From Eledone cirrhosa (taxonomy: Eukaryota): a stretch of DNA of 64,000 nt. Both the position numbers and the translations under genes were made by a program. Under the pieces are notes generated by a model. It worked only from the letters and a program-made list of their open reading frames with translations. It was not told the origin of the DNA and made no database searches. Shown here one piece after another: positions 63,907-64,000 of the stretch. Within the stretch, counting starts at the first letter, position 1, and every line of letters starts with the position of its first letter. The DNA is taken from assembly GCA_964016885.1 (NCBI GenBank), contig OZ024746.1, positions 83,452,001-83,516,000 on the forward strand, in the 5' to 3' direction.

Positions 63907-64000
63907 TAACTTGTCAGAACATCCAGTCCACACTGTAAAGTGGTCGTGTAGGAGACACGGTGAAAAGCTCCCATCCACACTGTGAATGTAGTTGGTGTTA

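Overview
AT-rich, microsatellite-dense eukaryotic DNA. The repeat content (tRNA-headed SINEs, RTE LINE tails ending in (GAT)n, (TA)n/(CA)n runs) suggests a mollusc, probably an octopod cephalopod; this is an inference, not a database result. I can support no intact host protein-coding gene, and most ORF-track entries are microsatellite or repeat artefacts. The window holds a 6.6-kb 30/38-bp minisatellite (6421-13013) and decayed coding relics of piggyBac, mariner, RTE, CR1-like, CRE-like and Penelope/Neptune elements. It also holds non-autonomous DNA elements of the pogo, Tc1/mariner, hAT, piggyBac and Harbinger types, many SINE copies, and two CpG-enriched promoter-like regions, each followed by a GTAAGT donor. 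The most interesting signal is a set of short elements from several unrelated families, mostly in (TA)n tracts. They carry minimal type I hammerhead ribozyme motifs (CUGANGA...GAAAC...GUH) and often form fold-back palindromes. In several, the turn-around lies in the ribozyme core or stem II, and the short arm ends on a TAT microhomology with the flanking (TA)n. All alignments were done by eye, so boundaries of decayed elements are approximate.
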